Positions 30,018 through 41,280 of a stretch of 64,000 nt of DNA are shown here, one piece after another. The stretch is from positions 146,692,001 through 146,756,000 of the forward strand of contig NC_043000.1 of assembly GCF_006345805.1 (NCBI RefSeq), written 5' to 3'. Source of the stretch: Octopus sinensis (taxonomy: Eukaryota). The stretch's first letter is position 1; every line of letters starts with the position of its first letter. A program made the translations under genes and the position numbers. The notes beneath the pieces are model-generated. The model was not told the origin of the DNA. It ran no database searches and saw only the letters and a program-made list of their open reading frames with translations.

Positions 30018-30809
30018 CACATATCGAAATATAAGGTCAAACTCCAACTGTTGTTCTTTTTTCCCCTTTGTAGTTTACTTTTTATTTCATTTCACATTAT
30101 TTCGGTCTCCTCAACAAAGTTTTATATAGTATGTATGTGTGTGGGTGTGAGCGTTTAGATGTATATCTGTATGCTTTAAGTGTGTATGTGGATATTTGGC
30201 CGGATGCATCTATCACCCGTGGCGCCACAAATCCTAATAGCGTTTCGGCCACCCGATGCATTATCTAGTCGTTTTCACAAGGTCAACTTAGTGTGACCTA
30301 TGTCTCTGCATTCAGCTGAGCGGTTCGACTGAATTTTACCAGCACCATTCATGGTTACGAGGCCCGTAATCCCATTCCATCTCCTCCCGTAATCCCCTCC
30401 TCTTCTAGACTTAAACATAGGTATTCAAATATGGTTATCGAATATATGTAACTTGTCTCTCACGTTTCTCTGTCTGGGGGTTTGTTTGATTACAACTGCT
30501 GCCTGTTTGAAGTGCATCTTCGGTTGCGTAAACTGTGAGACATCATGTGTTACCTAATGCTAAAATATATCTAACAGATGAAGTAAAGGCGTACCAACTT
30601 CAGGCCAACATCTTCTCCTTATATGACACTGTAGCCCTCCTCAGATTGCACAGGACTTCGAGCGATAAAGGCGGAAACCTAAATAATTAGATTGTCGCGC
30701 GCTGACCGCATCCAATTATGTTCACACACGCACATACACACACATACATACACACATACACGCGTACATGCACAAACACACACGCACACACACATACACG
30801 CACACACAC

Positions 30810-30990
30810 CGTTAGCTACTACACATTTTTCTCCCCTTGTTTCTCTCCATATTTTTTCTGTGTACCTTTCTGTAGAAGAGCGCAGGCTCGAAACGTAAAA
30901 GACTTTTTCTATTCCTGAGCGCTATACTAATACATCTGTTTGTTTGTACACCACCTTCCTTCATCTTTTGTTTATTTTCGTAAACTTTCC
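30810..30990 (+). mobile_element. Penelope-like pLTR end with hammerhead-like motif
   Basis: CTTT-CTGTAGA-A-GAGC-GCAG-GCTC-GAAACGTA-AAAG; same family as the 3' ends of the 53332/54331 units. Confidence 0.7.
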
Positions 30991-31021
30991 CTTTATATAT
31001 ATATATTATATATATATATAT

Positions 31022-31119
<98 letters not shown>

Positions 31120-31329
31120 CATGTATAAAATATATATATATATTAAAAAAATACTAAATGGGACAAGAACGCAAAACACTCAAATAGACGACACAAAAAC
31201 GGACGGGTCATTCGAAGCCTCTAATCTTCAGTCAAGAACCGGATCATCCTTGCAATTTCGGCTGACACACAGGGTGCGACAGATTTTGGAGGACAACTCT
31301 TTCAAGAGCTCATACTTTTCAGATAAATA

Positions 31330-31560
31330 ACATCAGATATCAGAGTTACTCAGAACACAGAAAGGCACGCTGTAATTGTTGCTTTAAAAGCGCAGCGTAA
31401 GGATATAGGTAATAGCTTGCTTTCCAAAATTTCCCGATACTTCCTTGACAAAGTTCGTAAAGATTTGTTGACGGGGATCCCCACGGAGCACATGCAGTGG
31501 GTCATAATACCATGATACCTCATAACTTTGTACAAAATGTCCAAAAGCACGCCGGCAACT
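31330..31560 (-). mobile_element. Tc1-like transposase fragment
   Basis: KVMRYHG...KYREILESKLLP resembles Tc1 VMVWG...KYxxILExxLLP. Confidence 0.5.
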
Positions 31561-31681
31561 TGTCAGGCTAAGGATATCTTGATTGAATAAAGTTTACTTT
31601 GTTGTTAGGAGCGCCATGTTAACACACGGACGATTCGATCAGATATATATTATATGCATATTATATGTGCTTATATACGCA

Positions 31682-31778
<97 letters not shown>

Positions 31779-31789
31779 CAAAATGTGAC

Positions 31790-31925
31790 CGCGTGTGTAC
31801 CGTTGGCGATTTGTTTCCTCCGTCTTCCCTTCTTTGGATCTTTCCTTTTCCTTTGTTTCCGACGAAGAGCTCCACTCGAAACGTTAGACCCTTCTTCTTC
31901 CCTTCTTTCCTGAGCGTCCAATAAT
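31790..31925 (+). mobile_element. Penelope-like end with hammerhead-like motif
   Basis: GTTT-CCGACGA-A-GAG-CTCCA-CTC-GAAACGTT-AGAC. Confidence 0.6.
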
Positions 31926-31988
31926 ACTTTATTTGTTCCACGTCCTTGCGTTGCTGTGTTTTTTCTTGTGTTTTCTTGTTGGATTAAC

Positions 31989-32034
<46 letters not shown>

Positions 32035-32042
32035 TATATATA

Positions 32043-32088
<46 letters not shown>

Positions 32089-32958
32089 CATACATGTTAT
32101 CTAATATTTTTTCTTTGGTTTAAATACAAAACTATAATTTCTTTAGGCAAGTTTCGTGAACAACATCCCCAGTAATTTTGGGCTTATTTTGTTTTTTCGT
32201 TACCAGTGAGTAAATAAAATTGGTACTATTAATATCGCCTATGCGTTTCTAAGGCTTTGAACACTTCTCCATTTCCTTAGTTTCCTATTACATCTAGAAG
32301 TGATATCGATTTACCAGTTAACATTACATTATTTATAACACTATGTGCTATGATCAACACGGCATTTTACCGACATTTATTTCTTAGACCTTCAGAGATG
32401 TTGGAAAATGAATTACGATGTATGCAGTCATACTGGGGCACATATTGCGTTTTAGCTTTTGTACTTCAACAAAGTAGGAGAAGTAACTGAAATAAACCAA
32501 TGATACGAATTTGTTTTTAAAACAGGAGCTGATGTACTGGACCCTATGTGCTCAATTTCTAATTAATTAAATTTTTTTTCTCTTAGTTTGCAGAGGGACA
32601 CACTAAACCAAACAACGGTATTTGTTAGTGACTCTACTGACAGTCAGCGAAATGGAGAAATGATATCAAAAATTTAAAAAAATTAATCTGACAAGGTTAA
32701 TTTACTTGTTTAAGGGAAGTAAATAGCGCCTAAGGTCTGTTTGCAGGCAAGCGACATCTAATTTTCCAGTCTTTGTTTGAACACACACACACACATGTGT
32801 ATGTGTGTGCGTGAGTGAGTGTATGCGCGTGTGCGTGTGTGTGTGTGTGTGTGAAAGGGAGAGAGTGTTTAGAGGGATATACTATCGGGGTGAATACCGT
32901 TTGTGTTCCAAATTACGACTACGTGTCTTCATATTCTCTACCGTTATAACTGTTGCTC

Positions 32959-33113
<155 letters not shown>

Positions 33114-33165
33114 AACTTACTTGGAAATGGATGCGTGGCGTTCGATCATATAATAATATAAATAT

Positions 33166-35355
33166 ATGCATATATGCATACACATATGTACAAACCTATA
33201 TATATATATATATACACACATCTCCACCAACCATAAAACATCTCATACACACATCTCCACCAACCATAAAACATCTCATACACACATCTCCACCAACCAT
33301 AAAACATCTCATACACACATCTCCACCAACCATAAAACATCTCATACACACATCTCCACCAACCATAAAACATCTCATACACACATCTCCACCAACCATA
33401 AAACATCCCATACACACATCTCCACCAACCATAAAACATCTCATACACACATCTCCACCAACCATAAAACATCTTGGCAGATCTTTGTAGACACCGTCAC
33501 AGACATATGTGCAAAACACTCCCCACCAAGACCTGTGAACAAAAAGTGCAGAATCCCCCAAAACAGAAAAACCATTATCAGAAAAATAAAAAGAACAAAC
33601 AAAAAAATTAACAAACTAAAGTACTGCCAACAGCAACACACACATTCGACGGCTATCGCACTGCTTGAATCCAAAAAATATAACCTCCAACAATGCATGA
33701 AGACCCTCATCAATAACCAAAGATCAGCTGAGGAGAAGTGGGCCATTGAAAAAATCAAACTCAACCCCAAAGTGTTCTTGTCATTTGCGAGGAAACGCAG
33801 GGTTACTGTCTCCACTGTAGGCCCTCTAATTGACGAAACTGGCACTCTCCAAGATAATGCCAAATCCATGGCCGAGATACTGCAGAAACAATACTGCTCT
33901 ATTTTCAGCAATCCTGATATGGCCGATCTGGGCTGTATCAGTGATGTCAACCCCCAACACACTATATCGGACATAACGTTTAGTGCCCCTGATGTCTTAG
34001 CGGCGATAAACGAAATAAAACACAATTCAGCAGTAGGCCCCGATAGGTTCCCTGCTTGTGTCCTGAAGGTGTGTCGACACCAACTTGCATCTCCCCTTGC
34101 TAATCTGTGGAGAAACTCACTGGATGCTGGCTATATTCCAAAAAACCTTCTGTCCCAGTCTGTTGTCCCAGTTTTCAAAAAGGGAAACAAGTCCCTTGCA
34201 GTGAATTACCGTCCGATCTCACTCACCTCTCATATCATCAAGGTATTTGAGAGGGTGGTGAGATCTCGAATAACCCAATTTCTGGAAAGCAACAGACGGC
34301 TGATCTCCAACCAACATGGGTTCCGTAATGGAAGGGACTGCCTAACGCAGCTCCTGCATCACTTTGAGGACATTTTGAGAGCTTTGGGAGAGGGCTCCAA
34401 CACCGATGTCATCTACCTTGATTTCAGTAAGGCCTTCGACAGGGTCGATCACAAGATCCTATTGAAAAAACTATCCAACATTGGTGTCTCTGGAAAGTTA
34501 CTGAAATGGATTAAGTGTTTCCTGACAGACAGATCTCAACATGTTGTAGTTGAAGGGGTAAAATCAAGCCCAGCCAAAGTCAGCAGTGGCGTTCCGCAAG
34601 GCACTGTGCTGGGCCCACTTCTTTTCATCATTTACATTAATGACATTAATGACATCATCAAGCACAGCAACATAAAAATCTTTGCAGATGACTCCAAGCT
34701 ACAGAAGGTCATAAATGAGGCGAGTGACCGGACATGCCTTCAGTCAGATCTACTGGCTGTTATCCAATGGGCAGAAAAAAACAATATGCTGCTGAACGAG
34801 GATAAATTTGAGCTAATCCACTTTGGAAAAGAGGATGCCCTGAAACTCCCATACTCCCTTCCTTCAGGTGAAACTCTCGCGGCGTCCAACATCAGAGACT
34901 TGGGAGTAATTGTGGACAACAACGTAAGCTGGGCCACTCATATAAACACCAAAGTTGACATGGCCCACAGAATGTGTTCCTGGATTCTCAGAACTTTCCA
35001 GTCGAGAGATATCCACACCATTATCCTTCTCTTCTCCACTTTTGCCCGACCCCACCTTGAATACTGTTGTCCACTGTGGTCTCCCCACACAATACAAGGT
35101 ATCATAAAAGTTGAAGCACCTCAAAGGGCAATTCCAAAAAAGATAGATGGCATGACAGGCCTCGACTATTGGGGTCGACTAGAAAAGCTAAAACTCTATT
35201 CTCTCCAACGTCGTCGTGAGCGCTACATCATCTACATGATGTGGAAAATATTCCATCAGCATTGCCCAAATGATGTTGGCATCACCTTTAAGGTACATCC
35301 AGGCTTGGGCCCCGTGCCATCCGCCCAAAACAAAAATCGCACTCTCATCTCATAA
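33166..35355 (+). CDS. 729-aa ORF: CR1-type reverse transcriptase without endonuclease, with a repeat-derived N-terminus
   Basis: NYRPISLTSHIIKVFER, QHGFRNGRDCLTQLL, YLDFSKAFDRVDH, SGVPQGTVLGPLLF, FADD (34681-34692), RDLGV, RPHLEYC, KLYSLQRRRERY. Expression not shown. Confidence 0.9.
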   Translation: MHICIHICTNLYIYIYTHISTNHKTSHTHISTNHKTSHTHISTNHKTSHTHISTNHKTSHTHISTNHKTSHTHISTNHKTSHTHISTNHKTSHTHISTNHKTSWQIFVDTVTDICAKHSPPRPVNKKCRIPQNRKTIIRKIKRTNKKINKLKYCQQQHTHSTAIALLESKKYNLQQCMKTLINNQRSAEEKWAIEKIKLNPKVFLSFARKRRVTVSTVGPLIDETGTLQDNAKSMAEILQKQYCSIFSNPDMADLGCISDVNPQHTISDITFSAPDVLAAINEIKHNSAVGPDRFPACVLKVCRHQLASPLANLWRNSLDAGYIPKNLLSQSVVPVFKKGNKSLAVNYRPISLTSHIIKVFERVVRSRITQFLESNRRLISNQHGFRNGRDCLTQLLHHFEDILRALGEGSNTDVIYLDFSKAFDRVDHKILLKKLSNIGVSGKLLKWIKCFLTDRSQHVVVEGVKSSPAKVSSGVPQGTVLGPLLFIIYINDINDIIKHSNIKIFADDSKLQKVINEASDRTCLQSDLLAVIQWAEKNNMLLNEDKFELIHFGKEDALKLPYSLPSGETLAASNIRDLGVIVDNNVSWATHINTKVDMAHRMCSWILRTFQSRDIHTIILLFSTFARPHLEYCCPLWSPHTIQGIIKVEAPQRAIPKKIDGMTGLDYWGRLEKLKLYSLQRRRERYIIYMMWKIFHQHCPNDVGITFKVHPGLGPVPSAQNKNRTLIS
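33214..33474 (+). repeat. Minisatellite, 8 x 33 bp (ACACACATCTCCACCAACCATAAAACATCTCAT)
   Basis: Units start at 33214, 33247 ... 33445; one substitution in unit 6; the last unit runs into the LINE. Confidence 0.95.
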
Positions 35356-35653
35356 CAACAATACGGCACAATTATTTCACCTCAATTGGCCCGCTCTCTT
35401 TAACATTACACCAAAACACATTAAAACAGAAACTGACCCTATAGGGTTCAAGAAGTCTTTGGACAGATTCCTTCAAGAAATCCCGGATAAACCCCCTACA
35501 CCCGGATATGTCTCTGTAAACAATAACTCTCTACTTGAGTGGGCCATAGTGCCCAAATTCTGACTTGAAAGACTTCACCAGGTGGTGCTATTAAGTTAGA
35601 CATGGCCTGGGCCAATAATGGCCGAAACCTATCAAAGTATCAAAGTAAAAGTA
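33445..35653 (+). mobile_element. 5'-truncated CR1/L2-group LINE inserted in a (TA)n tract
   Basis: RT ORF; two apparent 1-bp deletions (~35301, ~35390) relative to the copy at 52070; 3' hairpin GGCCA-ATAA-TGGCC and ATCAAAGT-like tail; TA repeats on both sides. Confidence 0.9.
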
Positions 35654-36109
35654 TATATATATATATATACATGCATATATGGGTACAGGACATAAAAAAA
35701 ACATGAAGAATATGAGAAACGAGAACATAAAAAACAAAAAACTAGAAAACGAACTTTTTTTGAACAACGAAAGAAACAAAAAGAGAAACGTAACAACCAA
35801 CATAAAGAACATTCCTTTCATCAGTTGTCCCCTATTTTATCTACTCCACGTTTCAAAGGTAGGGGCAAGACGCGACGTATTTAAACCAGCCCTTCGCGCA
35901 AAGCAAATTAAATAAAATTTGGGATTTCTTGCGGAGAGCTAATGTAGTAACAAAAGGAGGACAGTATGAATAAAACAGTTTTTTTTAAGGTTTTTCCTAT
36001 AGTTTCTTACGTGTCGTGCCGTACAGTGAACTGTTGTTTTTCTTTACTGCAAGTGCATGTCGAGCTGCAGAGGTTTATCATTATCATTTTAGCCTATATC
36101 AAGGCGGTG

Positions 36110-36492
36110 TGGAGGCGCAATGGCCCAGAGGTTAGGGCAGCGGACTCGCGGTCGTAGGATCGCGGTTTCGATTCCCAGACCGGGCATTGTGAGTGTTTAT
36201 TGAGCGAAAACACCTAAAGCTTCACAAGGCTCCTGCAGGGGGTGGTGGTGAACCCTGCTGTATTCTTTCACCACAACTTTCTCTCAGTCTTACTTCCTGT
36301 TTCTGTTGTACCTGTATTTCAAAGGGCCAGCCTTGTCACACTCTGTGTCACGCTGAATCTCCTCGAGAACTACGTTAAGGTTACACGTGTCTGTCGAGTG
36401 CTCAGCCACTTGCACGTTAATTCCACGAGCAAGCTGTTCCGTTGATCGTATCAGCTGGGACCCTCATCGTCGTAACTGACGGAGTGCTCCTA
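36110..36492 (+). mobile_element. tRNA-derived SINE family C with 15-bp TSD
   Basis: A-box TGGCCCAGAGG, B-box GGTTTCGATTCC; TATATCAAGGCGGTG at 36095-36109 and 36493-36507. Confidence 0.92.
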
Positions 36493-36499
36493 TATATCA

Positions 36500-36715
36500 A
36501 GGCGGTGAGCTGGCATAGTAGTTAGCGCACTGGACGAGCGGTATTTCGGCTGTCGCTACGTCCTGAATGCAAATTCCGCCGAAGTCGACTTTTCCTTTCA
36601 TCCTTCAGGGTTGATAAGTTAAATACCAGTTGTGTACTGGGGTCGATCTAATCGACTGGCCCCATGCCCCAAAATTCCAGGCTTTGTGCCTATAATAGAA
36701 AGGATTATTACTTTA
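36500..36715 (+). mobile_element. SINE family B
   Basis: AGGCGGTGAGCTGGCA head; GTCGACTTTTCCTTTCATCC core. Confidence 0.85.
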
Positions 36716-37549
36716 GCCTATACAAAAAGTCGTTCTATAAATTGCACAAATTTCAGGTTTGTCATTCGATAATACAAATGTAATTGCTAATTAGTAACAT
36801 TTTTAGGTTCACATTACTGAAGTTTGTTATTGATGCGAAGTTTATAATTTTATTTGGTTTGCAATATTCTGTAAGTGAACTTGAATGTTGCAACAGATTT
36901 TGTTTTATTTCGGGAGGGCCATTAGGCTAACACTCACAAGTACTATTCCACTTTTTTTTTATAAGTCAACCGTTTTCCATTTTTTTATATTATTAGTTTT
37001 AATTTATAGTTTGGCGTAATGCGTTTCCTTTTCTATTTTATGAGATTTTGAATAATCTATTCATTTTATATCACCTATCTATTTGATTGATACAATATTT
37101 CAGCTTTTAATTTCATCATCATTGTGTTTGAGCTATTTCTTCCAATATGATTTACGATTTGGCTTATTAGATTGTCAGATTGAATGTCGTTGATTATCAT
37201 TTCTTTTATTCTGTGATGTTTTGTTTATAAAAGAGATTCTAATTGCTTTTCTAACCGTTTTGTATATATGGAGACATTCGCTGCTTCATGCAAGAATACG
37301 GATTAATTTGTGTCTTTCTTGCAAACGAATGTGATTTATTTTATATTTCTTGTGTAACTGCTTAATTACATTATGGACTCATAATGTACATAAGCTAAGA
37401 GTCTGACTTTCAGATATTTTTTTTACTGTGTGTCCTCAAGTCTTCATGGAAGCATAAGGCCATCGGCGTGATATGCGGCGTGCGACGGGCGTTTTTAACC
37501 TGGTGGCGTCAAGCTTTCTCTGGACCTCAGCGCAGCTCATTCATTTCAA

Positions 37550-37609
<60 letters not shown>

Positions 37610-38411
37610 TTAAGTCAGAACAAAAAGAATCAGCCCTAATGTTAGTCTGGTACTTTATCTATAGATATGAATGATGAAGGCAAAGTTGAACTCGGTGCGA
37701 TTTTAATTAAGAACGCTTGACTATCGAACTACTACAACGACGTAAACAAATTAATCACTATACCTATAAAACCCATAAAAGAACACATATAAAGTGTATT
37801 GCATGGGCCCATTATTAAAAAGAGCTCAAAAAAGAGAAGTCAAGTTTTTTACACCAATCCATAAACTATCATAGAATGGAAACTAAATTATAGCATTCTT
37901 GTTATTAATAACCTGCAGACATCAAAACAAACTACAAATAACCAATGGGATTTATAATTTAAGTTGAAAATGCGAAAGTTGTAGGTTTAACCGTTTCAAC
38001 TGATTATACAACTGTGACATGCACCTCGCAGCTCAGTGTATACTTATGAGAATCATTTGAAATGCACTACACAGCACTGTACAGCTAAAAGAACTATACA
38101 GAAAAATAAACACGAGCGAAAAATAAAACTCAACACTTTAAAAAGTCCATTATTGTCTTATCAAAATACATATTGCTGCTGCTTTCGATGTAGATGAAAC
38201 AACAAATTCCAACTTCACTTCACCAAAAAGATAGATAAGCTGCAATTCGATATAGATGGATAAGAGATTTAGGACCTTTACTGCTTCAAATCACAACGAC
38301 CTCATACGAAAAGGCTTTGATACAAGTTATCCAACACACACATATACACACAAGCACACACAAAAACAAACAAAAGTATATTTACACACACTTTGATACA
38401 GACACACACAA

Positions 38412-38507
<96 letters not shown>

Positions 38508-38516
38508 TATATATAT

Positions 38517-38890
38517 AGGGGTTGGACAAAATAATGGAAACACCTTAAAATTTCAAACAAATTTATTTTTGATGTTGGGTAGGACCATATTTGGCAGTAA
38601 TTACCCCTTGAATTCTACGAGGTATGGACTCGTACTAAGTTTGAATCGTTTCCAAAGAAATTTTTGTCCATTCTTCTGCTAAAACAATCTCCAGGTCTTG
38701 TAGTCATGATTGTGAAGGATATCGACTCCTTACATGTTTTTTTCTAAAATTCACCATAAAATGCACCATGATCAATAATATTGAGATCTGGGGGTCTGTG
38801 GTGGCCAGATAAGATGTTCAACTTCACTAGAATGTTCATCTTGCCATTCACTAAACCAAGAAGATTCTTTGAATATGTACGATGCATTTA
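38517..38890 (-). mobile_element. Tc1-like element, 3' end with TIR
   Basis: TA + AGGGGTTGGACAAAATAATGGAAACACC TIR; minus strand EHSSEVEHLIWPPQ (WPPQSPDLN region, frameshifted). Confidence 0.8.
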
Positions 38891-38981
38891 AGGCTAAATA
38901 ATAACTCTGTTTACGTTTGCTTAACTGAGATATGTTGGTTGGATTGCATAGTTATCTGTTTCTCTCTCTCTCTTTCTCTCT

Positions 38982-39017
<36 letters not shown>

Positions 39018-39491
39018 GTGTAGTTCTTTTTGTATATGTTGTCAATCCGTCCTCTCCTTCGTCCGTTTATGCTTCTTGTCTCTGCGGTGCTTGCTCGGTT
39101 ACTAACATTGTTGTTGCCCTTGATTTTGTTACTACTGCTGTCACAGTCCAACACTTTCCCCCACCATCGCTGCCACCACCACTACCATATATCTGTTACG
39201 CATGCACGCGCGTACACCAGACTTTGTGGCACGTTATCACGCGCGCCCGCAGACACACACATACACACATATACACATATATATATATGTCCACACATTC
39301 ATTCATAAAACCATTAACCCATACGCAACTGATATACACAGCTGACAAGTACTCCTACAAATTCGCCCACACGATTCCTCTCACACAGCTGATATGCACT
39401 CGCACCCATGCGTAAACACACCCTACCACACATGCACATTCGCATAAACAAGCTGATACTATCATCACTCATCCACACGCGCAAATACACC

Positions 39492-39796
39492 GTGTTTGTT
39501 CTTTCTCGAGCCATGCCTGGCTTATAAGGGCCGGTTTCCCGGTTTCCTTGGCGTATAGGTTCCCCACCTGGACGGGACGCCGGTCCGTTGCAGGTGAGCT
39601 TCAAGATGCAGGAGGAAAGAATGAGCGAAAGTTGTGGCGAAAGAGTCAGCAGAAGTCCGCCATTACCTTCTGCCGGAGCCGCATGGAGCTTAGGTGTTTC
39701 GCTCATAAACACACACATCGCCCGGTCTGAGATTCGAACCCGCGATCCCTCGACCGCGAGTCTGCTGCTCTAACCACTAGGCCGTGTGCCTCCACA
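39492..39796 (-). mobile_element. tRNA-derived SINE sharing the family C head but with a different tail
   Basis: Head GTGTGGAGGCACACGGCCTAGTGGTTAGAGCAGC...GGTTCGAATC; tail TCCCGTCCAGGTGGGG...GAAACCGGG. Confidence 0.88.
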
Positions 39797-40267
39797 CACT
39801 CACCGTGTACACATACGCATAGCTGACAAACACGCATAAACATCAGACACCCACATCCATGCACTCATATATCTGGTATACACATACACGCATCCGCAGG
39901 CGACTTTTCCTTCAAATTCCAAGTCCCTCCAAATGCCAACCAGACAACAAGGTTCAACAAGCTTCCTGTTTCGCCACGCAGACCAAAACAATTTTCTTTC
40001 TAATGTATCTTTTCTTTCTAATGCATCTCTGCAAGGCCGATATCACTTCTAACAGCACCATATGACTCGCTTTGACCAATATCAGCCCAGTTTTCAGTAG
40101 CCATCCTGGACTTCCTGTGTCCCTTCATTCGGTAATCTGAGCGTGAGCAAGCTAGGTTTCTGCCAGAAACGTTAAGAAACATTAATTCGCATCGAGCTGA
40201 ATCAAACTGTTTTAAATAATATAGCTTCTACCAAACATGTTCGATACCTTTTGCTTTCGTTTGTTTA

Positions 40268-40650
40268 TGGCGTGGCTGTGTAGTAAGAAACTTGCTTTCC
40301 AACCACATGGTTCCGGGTTCAGGCCTACTACATGACACGTCGGACAAGTGTCTTCTACTTTAGCCTCGGGCTGACCAAAGTTTTGTGAGTAGATCTGTAC
40401 GCGGAAACTGAAAGAATCCCGTCGTGTGTGTGTGTGTGTTTGTATGTGTGTGTTCCCCCGCCATTGCTTGACAACCAATTCTGGTGTGTTTATGTCCCCG
40501 TAACTTACCGGTTGGGCAAAAGTGATCGATAGAATATGTACTTAAGTACTTGACTTACAAAAGAATAAGTCTTGGGGTCGATTTCTTCGAATAAAATACT
40601 TTAAGGTGGTGCTCCAACATGACCGCAGTTAAATGAGTGAAACAAGTAAA
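40268..40650 (+). mobile_element. SINE family A (older copy)
   Basis: Head and 3' end GGTGGTGCTCCAACATGACCGCAGTTAAATGAGTGAAACAAG. Confidence 0.88.
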
Positions 40651-40892
40651 ACAATAAAAGAATAAAATACACATGTATATGCTCATGCACATACAAATAT
40701 TCAAACATTCATACATACATACATAAAAATCAATATCTATTTGATGGACTGCTATGTCAAGTTTCGAAAATATAATAATAAACTGATATCTCAGTTTGGT
40801 ACTACTTTAGCCATTACAACAAATTAATAATATTTTTTTTTATCTATGGATTAATAGTTGACGGTACGTCTCTTTTTGTTTTATATAGAAGA

Positions 40893-41280
40893 CTAGCAGT
40901 ATCGCCCGGCGTTGCTCGGGTTTGTAAGGGAAATAACTATATAAGCATTTTTAGAGAGTTATAGCCAAAAAATAGCAATAAAATGCATTAGAAATGGAAA
41001 AAGAAATGATGGTAATTTTTGTTTTAAATCGTTGACTCATCGCAGACATTTTTAGAGAGTTACTTCCCTTATATAATAGCGAAAAAAATGCATTAAAATG
41101 GGAAAAAATGATGGTAAATCGTAGACTCATCGTAGACGCGCGCTAATACCCAGAAGGGCTCGATATGAATCACGACTATAAGATACCCGGTTTTGGTTAA
41201 ACAGCACCGCAAAATGTGGGAGTAGTTAGGAATCTAAATCGTAGGAGACAGACACACAACTTGATTTTTATATATAAAGA
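40893..41280 (-). mobile_element. Non-autonomous Helitron
   Basis: Minus strand: A|TC start, CCCGAGCAACGCCGGG hairpin, CTAG|T end; near-identical to 44949-45346. Confidence 0.9.

Noticed and set aside
33214-33474. CRISPR-like regular array
   Set aside because: Contiguous identical units with no unique spacers and no cas genes; eukaryotic context
36112-36185. tRNA gene (also 39720-39796, 9910-9980 and the SINE A heads)
   Set aside because: A/B boxes are present, but the acceptor stem is not formed and the sequence runs into SINE bodies
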